Positions 48,039 to 59,405 of a stretch of 64,000 nucleotides of DNA are shown here, in pieces. The notes under the pieces are model-generated. The model made no database searches. It worked only from the letters and a program-made list of their open reading frames with translations, and was not told where the DNA came from. This DNA comes from Patescibacteria group bacterium UBA3531. GTDB taxonomy: Bacteria > Patescibacteriota > Minisyncoccia > Phycocordibacterales > UBA3531. The position numbers and the translations under genes were made by a program. The stretch is from positions 79,381-143,380 of the forward strand of contig DFOW01000001.1 in NCBI GenBank assembly GCA_002376885.1, in the 5' to 3' direction. The first letter of the stretch is position 1; every line of letters begins with the position of its first letter.

Positions 48039-48593
48039 TTAATTTGTTTCCGCCACACAAACAAGCGGTTCATCTATTTTTTGAGCAGTCCAGTACACTG
48101 AATACAAAAGTAGTACTACTCCCAAAATTCCGAATTCTTCACCACCTAGCGGCAGAAAAGCCAGTAGGCCACCGGCTCCGATAAGGGCAAGTACCACGCT
48201 CAGGAGAAATGTTCCGCATGCAGCACAACCAATACCGAAGACGCCGGCCACAAGACCGCCCACACCAGCCGTTGCTCCTTTTCCTCGCAGAGATCCTTTC
48301 CGTCTTTGCACGTAATACACAAGCATAGCTATGTTTATCCCAAAGAGAATTGCAATAAGAATCGTATAGGTAGCAGAAACAAGGGTAAAGTTTGTGCTAA
48401 GTGATCCAAATAACCCAAACGCTACTTTTGTTGCGTCGATAAACTCCACGTCGTGTGACACAAGAATCGTGTGCAGTAGACGCCAGTTCGGAAGCCATAC
48501 AGCAAAGGCCAGAACAACAAATGCAATCGGTAGTGCGATAGCAACGTAGCGAACATGGGAAAACACTTCTTTTATGTTGTGCAGTGTAGACAT
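48039..48593 (-). CDS. Hypothetical membrane protein
   Basis: 184 aa, 4 to 5 TM helices, CAACGT motif; possibly a DsbB/VKOR-like partner of the adjacent DsbA (speculative). Confidence 0.45.
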   Translation of the reverse strand: MSTLHNIKEVFSHVRYVAIALPIAFVVLAFAVWLPNWRLLHTILVSHDVEFIDATKVAFGLFGSLSTNFTLVSATYTILIAILFGINIAMLVYYVQRRKGSLRGKGATAGVGGLVAGVFGIGCAACGTFLLSVVLALIGAGGLLAFLPLGGEEFGILGVVLLLYSVYWTAQKIDEPLVCVAETN

Positions 48594-48598
48594 GCGGA

Positions 48599-49384
48599 TT
48601 AGTTAGCTTGAAGCGCTAGATCAATTAGTTGTTTAACAGAAGCATATGGTTGCGCACCAGAAAGTGGAAATGTTTGACCGTCTGGCCCGATAATGACACT
48701 CCATGGTGTACCTCGTCCTCCTGTTTCAACCGAATTAGCAATATCAGCTTGAATATGTTGATCATATTTTCCACTGGCAACACATTCATCTACGGCAGTT
48801 TGTGAGAGGCCAATTTCGCTGATAATTTGAGGCAATACTGTGTCCAAATCGGTTCGATTGTTTGACGGCGTCAACTCAAAGAACCGATCAGCAAACTGCC
48901 AAAAGGCATCATTGCCACCGAGCTCGGCAACACATTCTGAGACCACTGCTTCACGCATTGCCTTAACAGGGTGGAGCTGTTCAAGTGGAAATTGTCGGTA
49001 TACCCACGCAACTTGACCACTATCACCATACTCGTCCAGCACTTGTTTCATAGTCTCGTGGAATCGTTTACAGAAAGGACACTCAAAATCTGAATATTCT
49101 ACGATTTTGACTGGCGCATTTATATCTCCTCGTATATGATCTTCTTTTGTCACCTCACGGACACTGTCAGTAGACCCTGAGGGCTGTACAGGTGGCTGTG
49201 GGGAGGCAGTTCCCACCGTGGACGGCGTAGAGCCTCCACTAAAAACTATTGCCCCTGCGACAATCAGTCCGGCAACAACAATGGCCCCTGGTATCATGTA
49301 CGATTTATTTTGTTTTTGTATTGTATCTGTCATTTGGATAAAAATTAAATTAATAAAAAAACCAACGCCCCAGCGCTTACACAA
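48599..49384 (-). CDS. DsbA-family thiol:disulfide oxidoreductase
   Basis: Thioredoxin-fold active site CPFC (YSDFECPFCKRFH); secreted. Confidence 0.8.
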   Translation of the reverse strand: MCKRWGVGFFINLIFIQMTDTIQKQNKSYMIPGAIVVAGLIVAGAIVFSGGSTPSTVGTASPQPPVQPSGSTDSVREVTKEDHIRGDINAPVKIVEYSDFECPFCKRFHETMKQVLDEYGDSGQVAWVYRQFPLEQLHPVKAMREAVVSECVAELGGNDAFWQFADRFFELTPSNNRTDLDTVLPQIISEIGLSQTAVDECVASGKYDQHIQADIANSVETGGRGTPWSVIIGPDGQTFPLSGAQPYASVKQLIDLALQAN

Positions 49385-49412
49385 TAAATAAATCGTGTAA
49401 ACCAGTCGTTAG

Positions 49413-49823
49413 TTAGAAGGTCCTGTTATAAACTTGCGAGTGTAATATTCCCCTACGAAACGCGCGCAAAATAGGATTAGAAAGTTTATGAGAGTTCGAT
49501 ACTTTTGACTCGAAATACCAACACATGCGGTGACGAGATATATCAGAGACCACAGAGAGAAGCATAATAGCTCTTTTATAAAAAAATATCGAAAGGGACA
49601 AAACCAAAAAAATAAGGGTCAATACATCTCTTGCCGACAAAGAATTTGTAATAGGAGTAACACTGCATCCTGACAAATGATCACCTCCCGTAACATAGCC
49701 CGTTGAAAGTAATTGACCGCACGAGGATGCCGCCAACAGAACAAATAAAAAAACTAAAACTATTAATAGTTTTTTAAACGAAAAAAATTGACGTACTGAA
49801 GATCCGAGGAGATAATGAACCAT
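49413..49823 (-). CDS. Hypothetical membrane protein
   Basis: Hydrophobic N-terminus; low-complexity ORF, weak support. Confidence 0.35.
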   Translation of the reverse strand: MVHYLLGSSVRQFFSFKKLLIVLVFLFVLLAASSCGQLLSTGYVTGGDHLSGCSVTPITNSLSARDVLTLIFLVLSLSIFFYKRAIMLLSVVSDISRHRMCWYFESKVSNSHKLSNPILRAFRRGILHSQVYNRTF

Positions 49824-49988
49824 TATTTTTTTATAAAACTTTTATTATTTATTAAACATACACCCAAGACTAAATCCGTCGGCAATGATTAGCCAGCTGT
49901 TTTACAATAATACCTTTTGCCTTTTTGTGTCAAGTGTATTCATACTGAAAGTGCCTCTCCTCGGCATAAACGATCCCTACTCTTGTTT

Positions 49989-50933
49989 TTAGGTTTTTTT
50001 ATCTATCGTAAAGTCTATATCTTTTGCCTCAGAACCCTCTACACATGAATCTTCGATTTGAATAGTAGAAAAATATACACCAAACTCGTTACGTAATAGC
50101 TTGTATATTATCTTTTGTGTTTTAAAAACATCAACATTTTCCTCAACAATGACATGAGCAGATACAATATTTTTTCCAGTAGTTAAGCTCCAAGCATGTA
50201 AATGATGGGCGTTCTTAACCTCTTTTATATTTTCTAATTTTTGCTTGACTAGATTTAAATCGATGTCTTTTGGTACATTTTCAAGAAGTATATTTGTGGC
50301 ATCTTTAATTATTTTCCATGAAGCCCACACCAAAACAAGCCCAAATACCACCCCAAGAATCGGATCAATAGGAAGAAATCCTGTAAAACGGATAACAAGG
50401 GCGGCTATTATTATTAAAAGGCTTCCTATAAAAGTCTGTAGTACATGCCAGTAGGCTCCACGAATATTTAGATTGGTTTTTTGTTTTTTATAAAGCAAAC
50501 CTAATGAAATAAACTCTGTAACAAGACCGCCAAAAGCAGCGAAAAGCATAGGCGTTGTGGAGAGTTCGATCGGATCCATCAAGCGCATATATCCCATCCA
50601 CAATACTAGAATCGCCATTACAAGCAAAAACACTCCATTTATTAAAGCTCCTATAATCTCAGCACGCACTAATCCAAACGACCTAAAATGCGTTGCTCCT
50701 CTTCTTGCAATTTGCCCAGCAACAAGAGCAATAAGCACTCCTCCTACTGCAGAAAAGGTGTGGAAGGCATCAGATATAACAGAAACGGAACCAGTCCACA
50801 AACCAATTATAAGCTCAATAAGAAAATATACTCCCGTAAGCCACCCTGATATAGAGAGAGCCCTATTACCACTCCCCAAAAGAGCTGATTCGTGCCCTTT
50901 GTGTTCTGCAATTTTTTTGTTTTGGTTATTCAT
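49989..50933 (-). CDS. Cation diffusion facilitator family metal efflux transporter (CzcD-like)
   Basis: Six TM helices with the SDAFH motif and the C-terminal cytoplasmic domain HHLHAWSLT. Confidence 0.85.
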   Translation of the reverse strand: MNNQNKKIAEHKGHESALLGSGNRALSISGWLTGVYFLIELIIGLWTGSVSVISDAFHTFSAVGGVLIALVAGQIARRGATHFRSFGLVRAEIIGALINGVFLLVMAILVLWMGYMRLMDPIELSTTPMLFAAFGGLVTEFISLGLLYKKQKTNLNIRGAYWHVLQTFIGSLLIIIAALVIRFTGFLPIDPILGVVFGLVLVWASWKIIKDATNILLENVPKDIDLNLVKQKLENIKEVKNAHHLHAWSLTTGKNIVSAHVIVEENVDVFKTQKIIYKLLRNEFGVYFSTIQIEDSCVEGSEAKDIDFTIDKKT

Positions 50934-50952
50934 GCATGTGTTAGACAGTGTG

Positions 50953-51657
50953 TTAGACAGATTGTATCTTCTTCCAATGAATATGCTCGTATATACTAGA
51001 CCACAGGAATCCTAGCGCAAGCGCAAACAAAAGTTCTTCCATTGGTATTCCAAAAATAAGTATCCCCGTAAGACCTTCCAGGTTCCACACCGCACTAACA
51101 TAGTCTGGATAAATAATCACAAGACTCAAAAAGAAAACAAAATAAAGAACCAAAAAGAGCAGCGCACCCAAAGACATTTTTATTTTTAAATCGGGCCTGC
51201 AATACCAAGTGGCTGCGCCGCCACCAAAAAGTGCAATTATAACGGAATAAATTGGATTGAGTTCAGTAGCGAAAAATAATACGGAAAAAATAATGGGCGC
51301 CGAAAATAATGCCAAAATATGAAATTTATGACGCGAGTGGGCCATGTCTTTTTGTGTCATGTTTGTGTGGCGTGTCCCAATGAACGATTCATAAATAATG
51401 GAAGCAATGCCACCGACGGAAAATGCAAAAATTATGCTCTCAATATCAAACCCTGTTCGTTCCGCTAAATTAAACAACGATGGGGGATTCCAGTATTCTG
51501 GTATAAAAATTGGCTCCGTTAGGCCAAGCAGTGCGGTCCACATGCTTGTCGTCAGCATTTCCTTTTTAGACATGGCATTGTCCATCCGGTAATAAAATAC
51601 AAACCATATACCCAGCAAGACAACACTCCATATAAGCCACACGTACTGCATACTCAA
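50953..51657 (-). CDS. Hypothetical polytopic membrane protein
   Basis: 234 aa, about 7 TM helices. Confidence 0.5.
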   Translation of the reverse strand: MSMQYVWLIWSVVLLGIWFVFYYRMDNAMSKKEMLTTSMWTALLGLTEPIFIPEYWNPPSLFNLAERTGFDIESIIFAFSVGGIASIIYESFIGTRHTNMTQKDMAHSRHKFHILALFSAPIIFSVLFFATELNPIYSVIIALFGGGAATWYCRPDLKIKMSLGALLFLVLYFVFFLSLVIIYPDYVSAVWNLEGLTGILIFGIPMEELLFALALGFLWSSIYEHIHWKKIQSV

Positions 51658-52340
51658 AGAGTTAAAAAAATAATAAGCGAGTAAATAATAACCCCGGCAA
51701 TAAAGTATATCGGAGCTCCTTTATTTTTCTGTGGAATAAAGTCCATAAACGCTATGTAAAGAAAGCCACCAACCACAACAGCAAAGAGCGCATGGTACAT
51801 TAAAAACTTATTGATTGACAGGACATACGCCGTCAAAATACCCAAAATAGCCGATGCCGATAAAAACAAGCGTAAGAACATGTATTTTCGAACGGCATGG
51901 TGTACCGCCTCAAAAGACATGATACCTATCATTCCGTAGAAAGCAAGAGGAAGAAAGAATAAAATTCCCTGTAACGTGTCGTTTTCCAACATCGGCAGAA
52001 GAATTGACCCAACCATAAAATAGTAAAGGAAAAGAACCGCCACATGCACAAAACCATGCCAGAACACCCTTCCAACCCCGCGATTTCCTCGATAAATTGT
52101 TTTTTCTAAAAAATGTATAGCCGCAAAACCAAAAAGCAGGAGAAAATACAGCCCGCTTCCAAAGTGCCCCACCCTTAAATAGACATCGGGAAGTAAAAAC
52201 AAAAAGGCATATGCGACCGACACCCCCCCAACAAACGAAACAACGCCCTGCTTATATTGCTTGGGGATGTTGAACTTTTCGTTATAGAAATGAATGACAC
52301 CTAACAATAAGGAGAGTGTCACACCCAACCATAAAGCCAT
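51654..52340 (-). CDS. Hypothetical polytopic membrane protein (possible metal transporter)
   Basis: 228 aa, about 7 TM helices, His-rich loops (FWHGFVHVAV, EAVHHAV). Confidence 0.5.
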   Translation of the reverse strand: MALWLGVTLSLLLGVIHFYNEKFNIPKQYKQGVVSFVGGVSVAYAFLFLLPDVYLRVGHFGSGLYFLLLFGFAAIHFLEKTIYRGNRGVGRVFWHGFVHVAVLFLYYFMVGSILLPMLENDTLQGILFFLPLAFYGMIGIMSFEAVHHAVRKYMFLRLFLSASAILGILTAYVLSINKFLMYHALFAVVVGGFLYIAFMDFIPQKNKGAPIYFIAGVIIYSLIIFLTL

Positions 52341-52375
52341 ATTATTTACTTACTGCTTCTGAGCTTTCTAAATAT

Positions 52376-52630
52376 TTATTTTAATGAATCAAACTTTTCT
52401 TTAAGTTGGTCCTTGGTAGCGCCACCCATTGAGAAGAATTCGTCATTAATTAAAATGCCTGGGCTAGACATTATTCCATATTTTTGAACCATTTCCTGCC
52501 CTTCTTTTGTTACCATATCGACCTCTTCAACCACTATATCTGGGTATTCGGCCTTCATGTCTTCTAGAGTATTTTTCACCGCCTTGCAATGCCCGCACCC
52601 ATCAGGACGTATAAGTGTAACTTTTATCAT
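52376..52630 (-). CDS. Thioredoxin/glutaredoxin-like small protein
   Basis: CGHC active site (RPDGCGHCKAV), 84 aa. Confidence 0.75.
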   Translation of the reverse strand: MIKVTLIRPDGCGHCKAVKNTLEDMKAEYPDIVVEEVDMVTKEGQEMVQKYGIMSSPGILINDEFFSMGGATKDQLKEKFDSLK

Positions 52631-52878
52631 AATTCTTCATCTTTTACTTTGTTAATATTTGACCTTTTTGTAATTCTTTTAGCGGCAATCATAGAAAAAA
52701 CAATAACGATAATCGCAATAATGGGCCCTAGAATTTCTGCCTCTCCCAAATCAGTAACATCCGAACCTTCCTCGTGAGCAAACGACACAAATGGAAATAG
52801 AATTGTAATAACAACAATTAAAAACAGATATATTTTAGGGTTTTTTTGTGTAGTTGTGGTATTAATTATTTTGCTCAT
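52627..52878 (-). CDS. Small membrane protein
   Basis: Two TM helices; translationally coupled to neighbours. Confidence 0.4.
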   Translation of the reverse strand: MSKIINTTTTQKNPKIYLFLIVVITILFPFVSFAHEEGSDVTDLGEAEILGPIIAIIVIVFSMIAAKRITKRSNINKVKDEEL

Positions 52879-53830
52879 TCTGTTTTTTCCCTTTTAACGC
52901 ACTCCATATAATCGTTCCTCCAATTATACCTGCTAACACGATCCATGGCAGAACACCACCAGTACCTGGTGGAATATTTAAGGATGATTCAATTGCTCCA
53001 GATTCCGCAATTTGTGGAAAAGTCTTTTCGAGCATCCTGTTCCACCCCTGATGAATTATGGAGTCCTCAAACCATGCCATACCAAATGCACCATAGTTAA
53101 GTATGAACGCCCCAAGGACAATAAGTGACCACGATACCCACTGCTTAACCCTTTCTTGGTAAGAACTTATTTTATTCATGGCATTTATCCCGACCACAGC
53201 AAGAGCAACAAGAAACAGTAATGGAACCATCCTACCTAGTCCATGGAGCGCTCCTAGCGATGCGCCTATTTGGGGGATACCAAGCGTAGCAACATATCCA
53301 AACAGAATATAGAAAGCCGGATTAGGACACCCAACACCAGCATTTCCTAGAAAAAATCCAAGGAAAAAACTTCTAAAATAATCATTTTTTCCTTGAAGCG
53401 ATTTGGGTAATATAGTCTGCTTAAATGGAAGTTTGAATTTAATTAAGTTGAGTTCCGACAGACCAAACAGTAAGGCCGCCACACCTCCAAGTAGCAGCAT
53501 TACACTTATTATTTTGTACAAGGCCACAAAACCACCAAGCCAACCAAGCGCTAGCCCATAAATGGTGAAGGTAAGTGTAAGACCCGCACCAAATAAAAGT
53601 GCCATAATAATCCCCTTTCCAGGCTTTCGCGAAAGAGCAAGCGGGACAATGATAAATACAAGAGGGAAAGTGCACGGTAAAAAAATCATTGATATTCCCG
53701 CCAGAAATGCTAGGGAATAACCTGGCACAAATTGTGGAGAAGTCCACAAACTAAACAGGCTTATTAGAACAATAGACAGCAAAATAAATGCCGCAGAAAC
53801 CACCCAGATTTTTAACGTATTTGCACTCAT
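52862..53830 (-). CDS. CcdA/DsbD-family thiol-disulfide transmembrane electron transporter (probable)
   Basis: Polytopic, with Cys in TM segments (FLPCTFPL and GVGCPNPAFY) reminiscent of the CcdA Cys pair. Sits next to thioredoxin-like genes. Confidence 0.55.
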   Translation of the reverse strand: MSANTLKIWVVSAAFILLSIVLISLFSLWTSPQFVPGYSLAFLAGISMIFLPCTFPLVFIIVPLALSRKPGKGIIMALLFGAGLTLTFTIYGLALGWLGGFVALYKIISVMLLLGGVAALLFGLSELNLIKFKLPFKQTILPKSLQGKNDYFRSFFLGFFLGNAGVGCPNPAFYILFGYVATLGIPQIGASLGALHGLGRMVPLLFLVALAVVGINAMNKISSYQERVKQWVSWSLIVLGAFILNYGAFGMAWFEDSIIHQGWNRMLEKTFPQIAESGAIESSLNIPPGTGGVLPWIVLAGIIGGTIIWSALKGKKQNEQNN

Positions 53831-53889
53831 AGTTTTGTTATGATACCCATAAATCTATGGAACTTATTATACCACATTTAGAATTACTG

Positions 53890-54345
53890 CTATAAACTAG
53901 TTTTCCATTCAAATTTACGCTCTTCTACACCCCCAACATTCCTTATAAACAAAGTAATCGACTTAGCTTCGGGTTCTATTTCTTTAAAACTAAGTATTCC
54001 TTCGCGGTGATGTCCACCAGCTGGATCCCCTTCCCACCCTACTGGCTTATATTCATTACCCTTCTCGTCTACCATGATAGAAACTTCGACCATATCTTCA
54101 TTTATATCCATGGAATGGGTATTGAGTACCACATCGAAACTACTTAGGGTTTCATCTAGTGGTGTAACAGTCACCGAAACTGCTCCATCCTCATTAGTTT
54201 GAGAAACCAATTCTTCAATATATACGTTATTCTGTACAGGTTTCTCGACTTGAATTTGATTACTTTTATTATTACCCCAAACTACTACCGCCACACCAGT
54301 AGAAACTATTACAAGCAGAACAATACTTAGAGTTAATTTATTCAT
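53890..54345 (-). CDS. Hypothetical secreted protein
   Basis: Signal/TM then a beta-rich domain with GGHHREG. Confidence 0.5.
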   Translation of the reverse strand: MNKLTLSIVLLVIVSTGVAVVVWGNNKSNQIQVEKPVQNNVYIEELVSQTNEDGAVSVTVTPLDETLSSFDVVLNTHSMDINEDMVEVSIMVDEKGNEYKPVGWEGDPAGGHHREGILSFKEIEPEAKSITLFIRNVGGVEERKFEWKTSL

Positions 54346-54836
54346 ATTTGTTTATGAAAGATAATTACTTTTCTCGCTATATAGACAATACCAGCCATAT
54401 TAAAAGCCAGTCCTGTCCAAAAAAATTCGATTTGGTATTGACTTATAATGCTCACAAAACCAGTAACGCCAAGTACGGGCAGAATATTAACCAGATAGTG
54501 GGCACAACATGAAATCATTGCACCTGTTGATGTTGTTCCAGACACTGCAAGTACTCCCTTTGAAGAATCTAATTTATGTACCATATTTTTTAGGTAAGTA
54601 TAAAGGGCAATTTGGATACCAAAGCCTATGGCTAAACTTACAACGAAGTACCAGAATTGAGAAAATTGATCCACCGCAAATGGCCATCCGGATACAGCTG
54701 TGATTACACTGAAATATACAGCTAGCAGAGCAGTAGCACAAAAGACTCCATACGATACTGATTTTATTATGATTTTTTTATTCATGTTACTATGTCCTAC
54801 GTCTACCTCAACTTTTTTGCTTTTATGCGTATTCAA
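54342..54836 (-). CDS. Hypothetical membrane protein
   Basis: 164 aa, 4 TM helices. Confidence 0.5.
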   Translation of the reverse strand: MNTHKSKKVEVDVGHSNMNKKIIIKSVSYGVFCATALLAVYFSVITAVSGWPFAVDQFSQFWYFVVSLAIGFGIQIALYTYLKNMVHKLDSSKGVLAVSGTTSTGAMISCCAHYLVNILPVLGVTGFVSIISQYQIEFFWTGLAFNMAGIVYIARKVIIFHKQI

Positions 54837-54994
54837 TTTTTGATAATTTTGTAGTCCGTACAGCTCAACACTACAAAACTGAACGGCACGCGGCTATAGT
54901 AAAACTAACAATTATAAACAATTAAGATGAATTAAAGTCCATAATTCTTTTGTACAAAACAACCCCAACAAGGTCAAAATTTTTAAAGATATGT

Positions 54995-57457
54995 CTATAT
55001 ACGGGTTTTCTTTAAGCGAAGTGAGTTTACCAGGACACTTATTGAACTTGCTGCCATGGCAGCGGCAGCGATTATTGGACTCAATAGGAATCCAAAGAGT
55101 GGATACAGAAGCCCTGCCGCAACTGGTATTCCGGCAGTATTATATGCAAAAGACAAGAATAGATTCTGTTTTATGTTTTTCATAGTTCCCCTACTAAGCT
55201 TAATGGATTTTACGGCATCAAGTAGGTCACTCTTCATAAGCACAATGTCCGCACTCTCAATTGCAACATCCGTACCAGCCCCAATTGCTATACCAATATC
55301 AGCTTGTGTTAGTGCTGGAGCATCGTTTATTCCGTCACCAACCATCCCAATAATGGATCCTTCTTCTTGAAGTTTTTTAACATGATTTGATTTATCTTCT
55401 GGAAGAACTTGCGAAAAAACATGTTTTTTATCTATGCCAACCTGAGATGCAATAGCTTGTGCTGTTCGTTCATTATCGCCTGTTATCATATATACATTAA
55501 TACTTTCGTTTTTAAATGCCTTAATTGCAGCTTCTGAAGTTTCCTTTATGGTGTCGGCTACACAAATGATTCCTAAAAGTTTATTGGTATCAGCAAAGAG
55601 CATGACCGTATTACCCTCCTCTTCAAATTTGTGGATTGTTTCGAGATTGGTTTTATATTCTATATTTTTTTGGTCCATAAGTTTCCTTGTGCCTACATAA
55701 AACTTTTTACCTGATAGTTCTCCGTAAAGCCCATGTCCAGGTATTTCTTCAAAGTGCGACGTCTTTTCGAAATTAACTTCCTTTTCCTTGGCATGCCTTA
55801 CTATTGCTTCTGCAAGTGGGTGTTTAGAGTTCTTTTCAATTGAAGAAGAGGAGATCAGTATATCTTCTTCACTCATATCAGAAAAGCTTTTTATATTAGT
55901 GAGTGTTGGCTCTCCTTTGGTGATTGTTCCCGTTTTATCAAGAATAATTGCATTTATTTTCTGTGCCTGTTCAAGTGCCGTAGCACTCTTTATTAAGATT
56001 CCATGTTCAGCACCGAGACCAGTTCCAACCATGATCGATGTAGGAGTTGCAAGCCCTAGTGCACATGGGCATGCGATAATAAGAATAGTAATTAAAATTG
56101 TTAGTGCGAATAAAAATTCTGCACCAACTAAAAAGAACCATACAGCAAACGAAAGTAGTGCTACAACAATAACAGCCCATACAAAATATCCGGAGACAAT
56201 ATCAGCAAGTCTTGCAATAGGAGCTTTTGAACCTTGTGCTTCTTGAATAAGTTTAATAATTTGTGCAAGAGCTGTATCTTTTCCAACCTTTGTAGCCTTA
56301 AACTGTATTGCTCCAGACTTATTAATTGTTGCGCCTATGACAGCATCTCCAATTTTTTTGTCTATTGGAACACTCTCCCCAGTAATCATAGATTCATCGA
56401 CACTTGTTGTGCCGTCAATAATTTCGCCATCAACAGGGATCTTTTCACCAGGTCGCACCAATACAATGTCCCCTTCTACCAACTCTTCAATTGGAATCTC
56501 TTCCTCCTGGCCATTCCGCAAGACGATAGCGGTCTTCGCAGCAAGGTCCATAAGTTTCCTAATAGACTCTGATGTCTTTCCTTTGGTCGCTTCTTCGAGA
56601 TATTTACCAAGCAGTATAAGGGCAATAATAACACCGGCAGTTTCAAAATATAGATCTGTTACAAATTCAAAGTTACCATTCATTATTTCGTATACAGCGT
56701 ATATTCCGTAAAGATAAGCCGCAGCTGTTCCCAACCCTATAAGGGTGTCCATGTTTGGTGTCCTTTTTATAAGGTTTCGAAAACCTACCGTATAGAATTT
56801 ATACCCAGCAATAATTACAGGGATAGATAAAATAGCCTGCACCATTGCAAACCGGAGGGGATATATTTCTGGATTTAAAAAACCTGGTATCAGACTCTTG
56901 CTTATAATTTCGCTCATTGCCAAAAATAAAATTGGCGCTGAAAATATTGCTGCAACCCAGAATTTTCTTTTTAGTGTTGTTATTTCTTTTTCTTTTGCCT
57001 TTTTTTCTTTTTCGTATATATCCTCCCCCTCATCAGCTATAATTGCCTCATATCCTGCATTGTCAATAGCTTTTTTTAATTCAGATAATTTTACTAAAGA
57101 TGAATTGTATTTAAACTTGGCATACGTATTGGCAAAATTAACATCAACATCTTTTACTCCATCAAATTTAAGTAGTGTATCTTTAACCACACCAGCACAA
57201 TGATCTGAACCCATTCCAAGTACTTTAAACTCCCCATCTCGATAGTCCTCATCCATTAGCGTATAGCCAGTATCTTCAACCAACTCTGTGATTTCTTTTA
57301 TATTCGTTACCTTATCATCAAAATTCACTTCACAGCTTTCTGTTGCGTAATTTACATTAGCACTAGAAATACCTTCGTGTTTCTTTAAAGCACCCTCAAC
57401 AGTATGTGCACAACTCGCACAGTGCATTCCTATTATTTTAAAAGTTTTCTTTGTCAT
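54995..57457 (-). CDS. copA: Copper-translocating P1B-type ATPase with two N-terminal HMA domains
   Basis: [12 protein letters not shown] and a second metal-binding domain, TGES, CPC ([11 protein letters not shown]), [13 protein letters not shown]. Confidence 0.9.
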   Translation of the reverse strand: MTKKTFKIIGMHCASCAHTVEGALKKHEGISSANVNYATESCEVNFDDKVTNIKEITELVEDTGYTLMDEDYRDGEFKVLGMGSDHCAGVVKDTLLKFDGVKDVDVNFANTYAKFKYNSSLVKLSELKKAIDNAGYEAIIADEGEDIYEKEKKAKEKEITTLKRKFWVAAIFSAPILFLAMSEIISKSLIPGFLNPEIYPLRFAMVQAILSIPVIIAGYKFYTVGFRNLIKRTPNMDTLIGLGTAAAYLYGIYAVYEIMNGNFEFVTDLYFETAGVIIALILLGKYLEEATKGKTSESIRKLMDLAAKTAIVLRNGQEEEIPIEELVEGDIVLVRPGEKIPVDGEIIDGTTSVDESMITGESVPIDKKIGDAVIGATINKSGAIQFKATKVGKDTALAQIIKLIQEAQGSKAPIARLADIVSGYFVWAVIVVALLSFAVWFFLVGAEFLFALTILITILIIACPCALGLATPTSIMVGTGLGAEHGILIKSATALEQAQKINAIILDKTGTITKGEPTLTNIKSFSDMSEEDILISSSSIEKNSKHPLAEAIVRHAKEKEVNFEKTSHFEEIPGHGLYGELSGKKFYVGTRKLMDQKNIEYKTNLETIHKFEEEGNTVMLFADTNKLLGIICVADTIKETSEAAIKAFKNESINVYMITGDNERTAQAIASQVGIDKKHVFSQVLPEDKSNHVKKLQEEGSIIGMVGDGINDAPALTQADIGIAIGAGTDVAIESADIVLMKSDLLDAVKSIKLSRGTMKNIKQNLFLSFAYNTAGIPVAAGLLYPLFGFLLSPIIAAAAMAASSISVLVNSLRLKKTRI

Positions 57458-57462
57458 AAAAA

Positions 57463-58578
57463 TTATCTTATAGTCTTATAGCCGTTCTTAACACCCTTTT
57501 TAGAAAGCACAACCTGCCAAAGCTGGTTTTTTCTAGCACGAAACGCCCCTGCAGAAAGTAAGAGGTAATATTCCCACATCCTGTAGAATCTTTCGTCGTA
57601 ATTTGATTTAATTGTATCCCAATTATTTTTAAAATTCTTGTGCCACGCCATCAATGTTTTGTCGTAGTCCGAACCAAAATTATGCCAATCCTCCATCACA
57701 AACAATCCCTCTATAGATTTTCCAATTTGTGTAACTGACGGCAACATTGAATTTGGAAAGATATATTTTCCATACCACGGGTCTGTACCTTTCACTGACT
57801 TATTTCCACCGATCGTATGAAGTAAAAATAATCCGTCATCCTTCAAAGAACCGTGAACTGTTTTCATAAATGTACGATAATTTTTGTATCCAACATGTTC
57901 AAACATGCCCAACGATACCACATGGTCAAACTTCTGATCTATATCGCGGTAGTCTTTTAGAAGTGTTTTAGCCGATGTATTTTTATAGAGACTGTCAGCA
58001 AGTTCTTTTTGCTCTTTTGATACAGTAAGTCCTGTGGCATTTGCCTTGTATTTCTCTGCGGCATATCCTATAAAACTTCCCCATCCAGATCCTATATCTA
58101 AAACACTCTGGCCATCTTTAAGCCCAATTTTTTTGCATACTAGGTCAAGCTTTGCCTCTTGTGCTCTATCTAAATTTTCTGCATTTTCCCAATATCCACA
58201 GGTATACACCATTCTTTTATCAAGCATTGCTTTGTAAAGATCATTACCTGCATCATAGTGATGCTCTCCTATTTCAAAAGCCTTTGATTTTCTTCCGGTA
58301 TTTGATATCACTTGCCAAGCCAGCATGGCTGCCATTTTCCAATCCCTTTTAACTTTTTGATCAAGTTTTGCACGAAGAACCTTGTTGATCAGTTCATCAA
58401 GCTGATCACACTCCCACCATCCATCCATATAGGACTCCCCCAGACCAAGTGTTCCACTTTTTAATACGCGAGTATAAAATCTGCCATCTTTTATTTGTGG
58501 GTCGTAAGGTTTGTTACCATTTATAGTTACGCCCGTTCCCTCAAGCAAGTCGTCAAATGTCTTTTTATTGGTTCCCAT
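57463..58578 (-). CDS. cfa: Cyclopropane-fatty-acyl-phospholipid synthase (SAM-dependent methyltransferase)
   Basis: [13 protein letters not shown] motif, CMAS-family blocks ([15 protein letters not shown]). Confidence 0.85.
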   Translation of the reverse strand: MGTNKKTFDDLLEGTGVTINGNKPYDPQIKDGRFYTRVLKSGTLGLGESYMDGWWECDQLDELINKVLRAKLDQKVKRDWKMAAMLAWQVISNTGRKSKAFEIGEHHYDAGNDLYKAMLDKRMVYTCGYWENAENLDRAQEAKLDLVCKKIGLKDGQSVLDIGSGWGSFIGYAAEKYKANATGLTVSKEQKELADSLYKNTSAKTLLKDYRDIDQKFDHVVSLGMFEHVGYKNYRTFMKTVHGSLKDDGLFLLHTIGGNKSVKGTDPWYGKYIFPNSMLPSVTQIGKSIEGLFVMEDWHNFGSDYDKTLMAWHKNFKNNWDTIKSNYDERFYRMWEYYLLLSAGAFRARKNQLWQVVLSKKGVKNGYKTIR

Positions 58579-58587
58579 AAAATAAAA

Positions 58588-59403
58588 TTAGTTGCTATTT
58601 TTAAATGTTGATTCGCATCTCTTACTACAAAAATAATATATTTCTCCATCCCGATCAAGGGTAAATGGAGCTAAATTTTTTTGAAGCTTCATTTCACAAA
58701 CTGGATCGATTACCATCTTTTGTTCCCCTTCTTTTAGTTTTCCGTCTTCCATCCAGAGCACTCTATCTGCGATATCCATAAGACGAGAATCATGGCTCAC
58801 AATAATAACCGCCTTGTTAAGTTTTTTGGCAATTGAGGTTAGAAGCTCCATAACCTTGTGCCCAGATTTTGAGTCAAGATTTGCCGTAGGCTCATCGGCA
58901 AGCACAATATCGGGATTTGTAACAAGGGCCCTTGCGATAGAGACTCTTTGCTTTTCTCCACCACTTAAATCTTGGACTCTGTAGTTCAGGCGATCCCCCA
59001 AACCAAGTTCCTTGAGTATTTCTATGGATTTGCTTTGTGCGTCATAGGACTGATAGCCGTTCATTTCAAGCACCACAGCAACGTTTTCTAAAACAGTCAG
59101 AGACTTTAATAGGTTAAAAGACTGGAACACAAAACCGATTTTCCGAGACCTAATTTCAGGAAGTTTCTTTTTAGGCAAGGAAGTTATGTTTGTGTTTCCA
59201 TAATATACATTACCGGAGTCAGCAGAAAGCAGAGATCCGATTATTGTTAACAATGTAGTTTTACCACTTCCAGAGGGCCCCATAATAAGAACTATTTCAT
59301 CCTTTTTCGCGGCAAAAGACACGTCATCCACGGCACGTACCACACCAGCCCCTTTACCAAAAGTTTTATTTAATTTTTCAATTTTTAAAAAGGTTTCTTT
59401 CAT
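58588..59403 (-). CDS. ABC transporter ATP-binding protein (MacB/LolD-like) fused to a C-terminal TRASH/YHS-type Cys metal-binding domain
   Basis: Walker A GPSGSGKTT, LSGGEKQR, Walker B. C-terminal DPVCEMKL...YYFCSKRCESTF. Confidence 0.8.
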   Translation of the reverse strand: MKETFLKIEKLNKTFGKGAGVVRAVDDVSFAAKKDEIVLIMGPSGSGKTTLLTIIGSLLSADSGNVYYGNTNITSLPKKKLPEIRSRKIGFVFQSFNLLKSLTVLENVAVVLEMNGYQSYDAQSKSIEILKELGLGDRLNYRVQDLSGGEKQRVSIARALVTNPDIVLADEPTANLDSKSGHKVMELLTSIAKKLNKAVIIVSHDSRLMDIADRVLWMEDGKLKEGEQKMVIDPVCEMKLQKNLAPFTLDRDGEIYYFCSKRCESTFKNSN

Positions 59404-59405
59404 AA

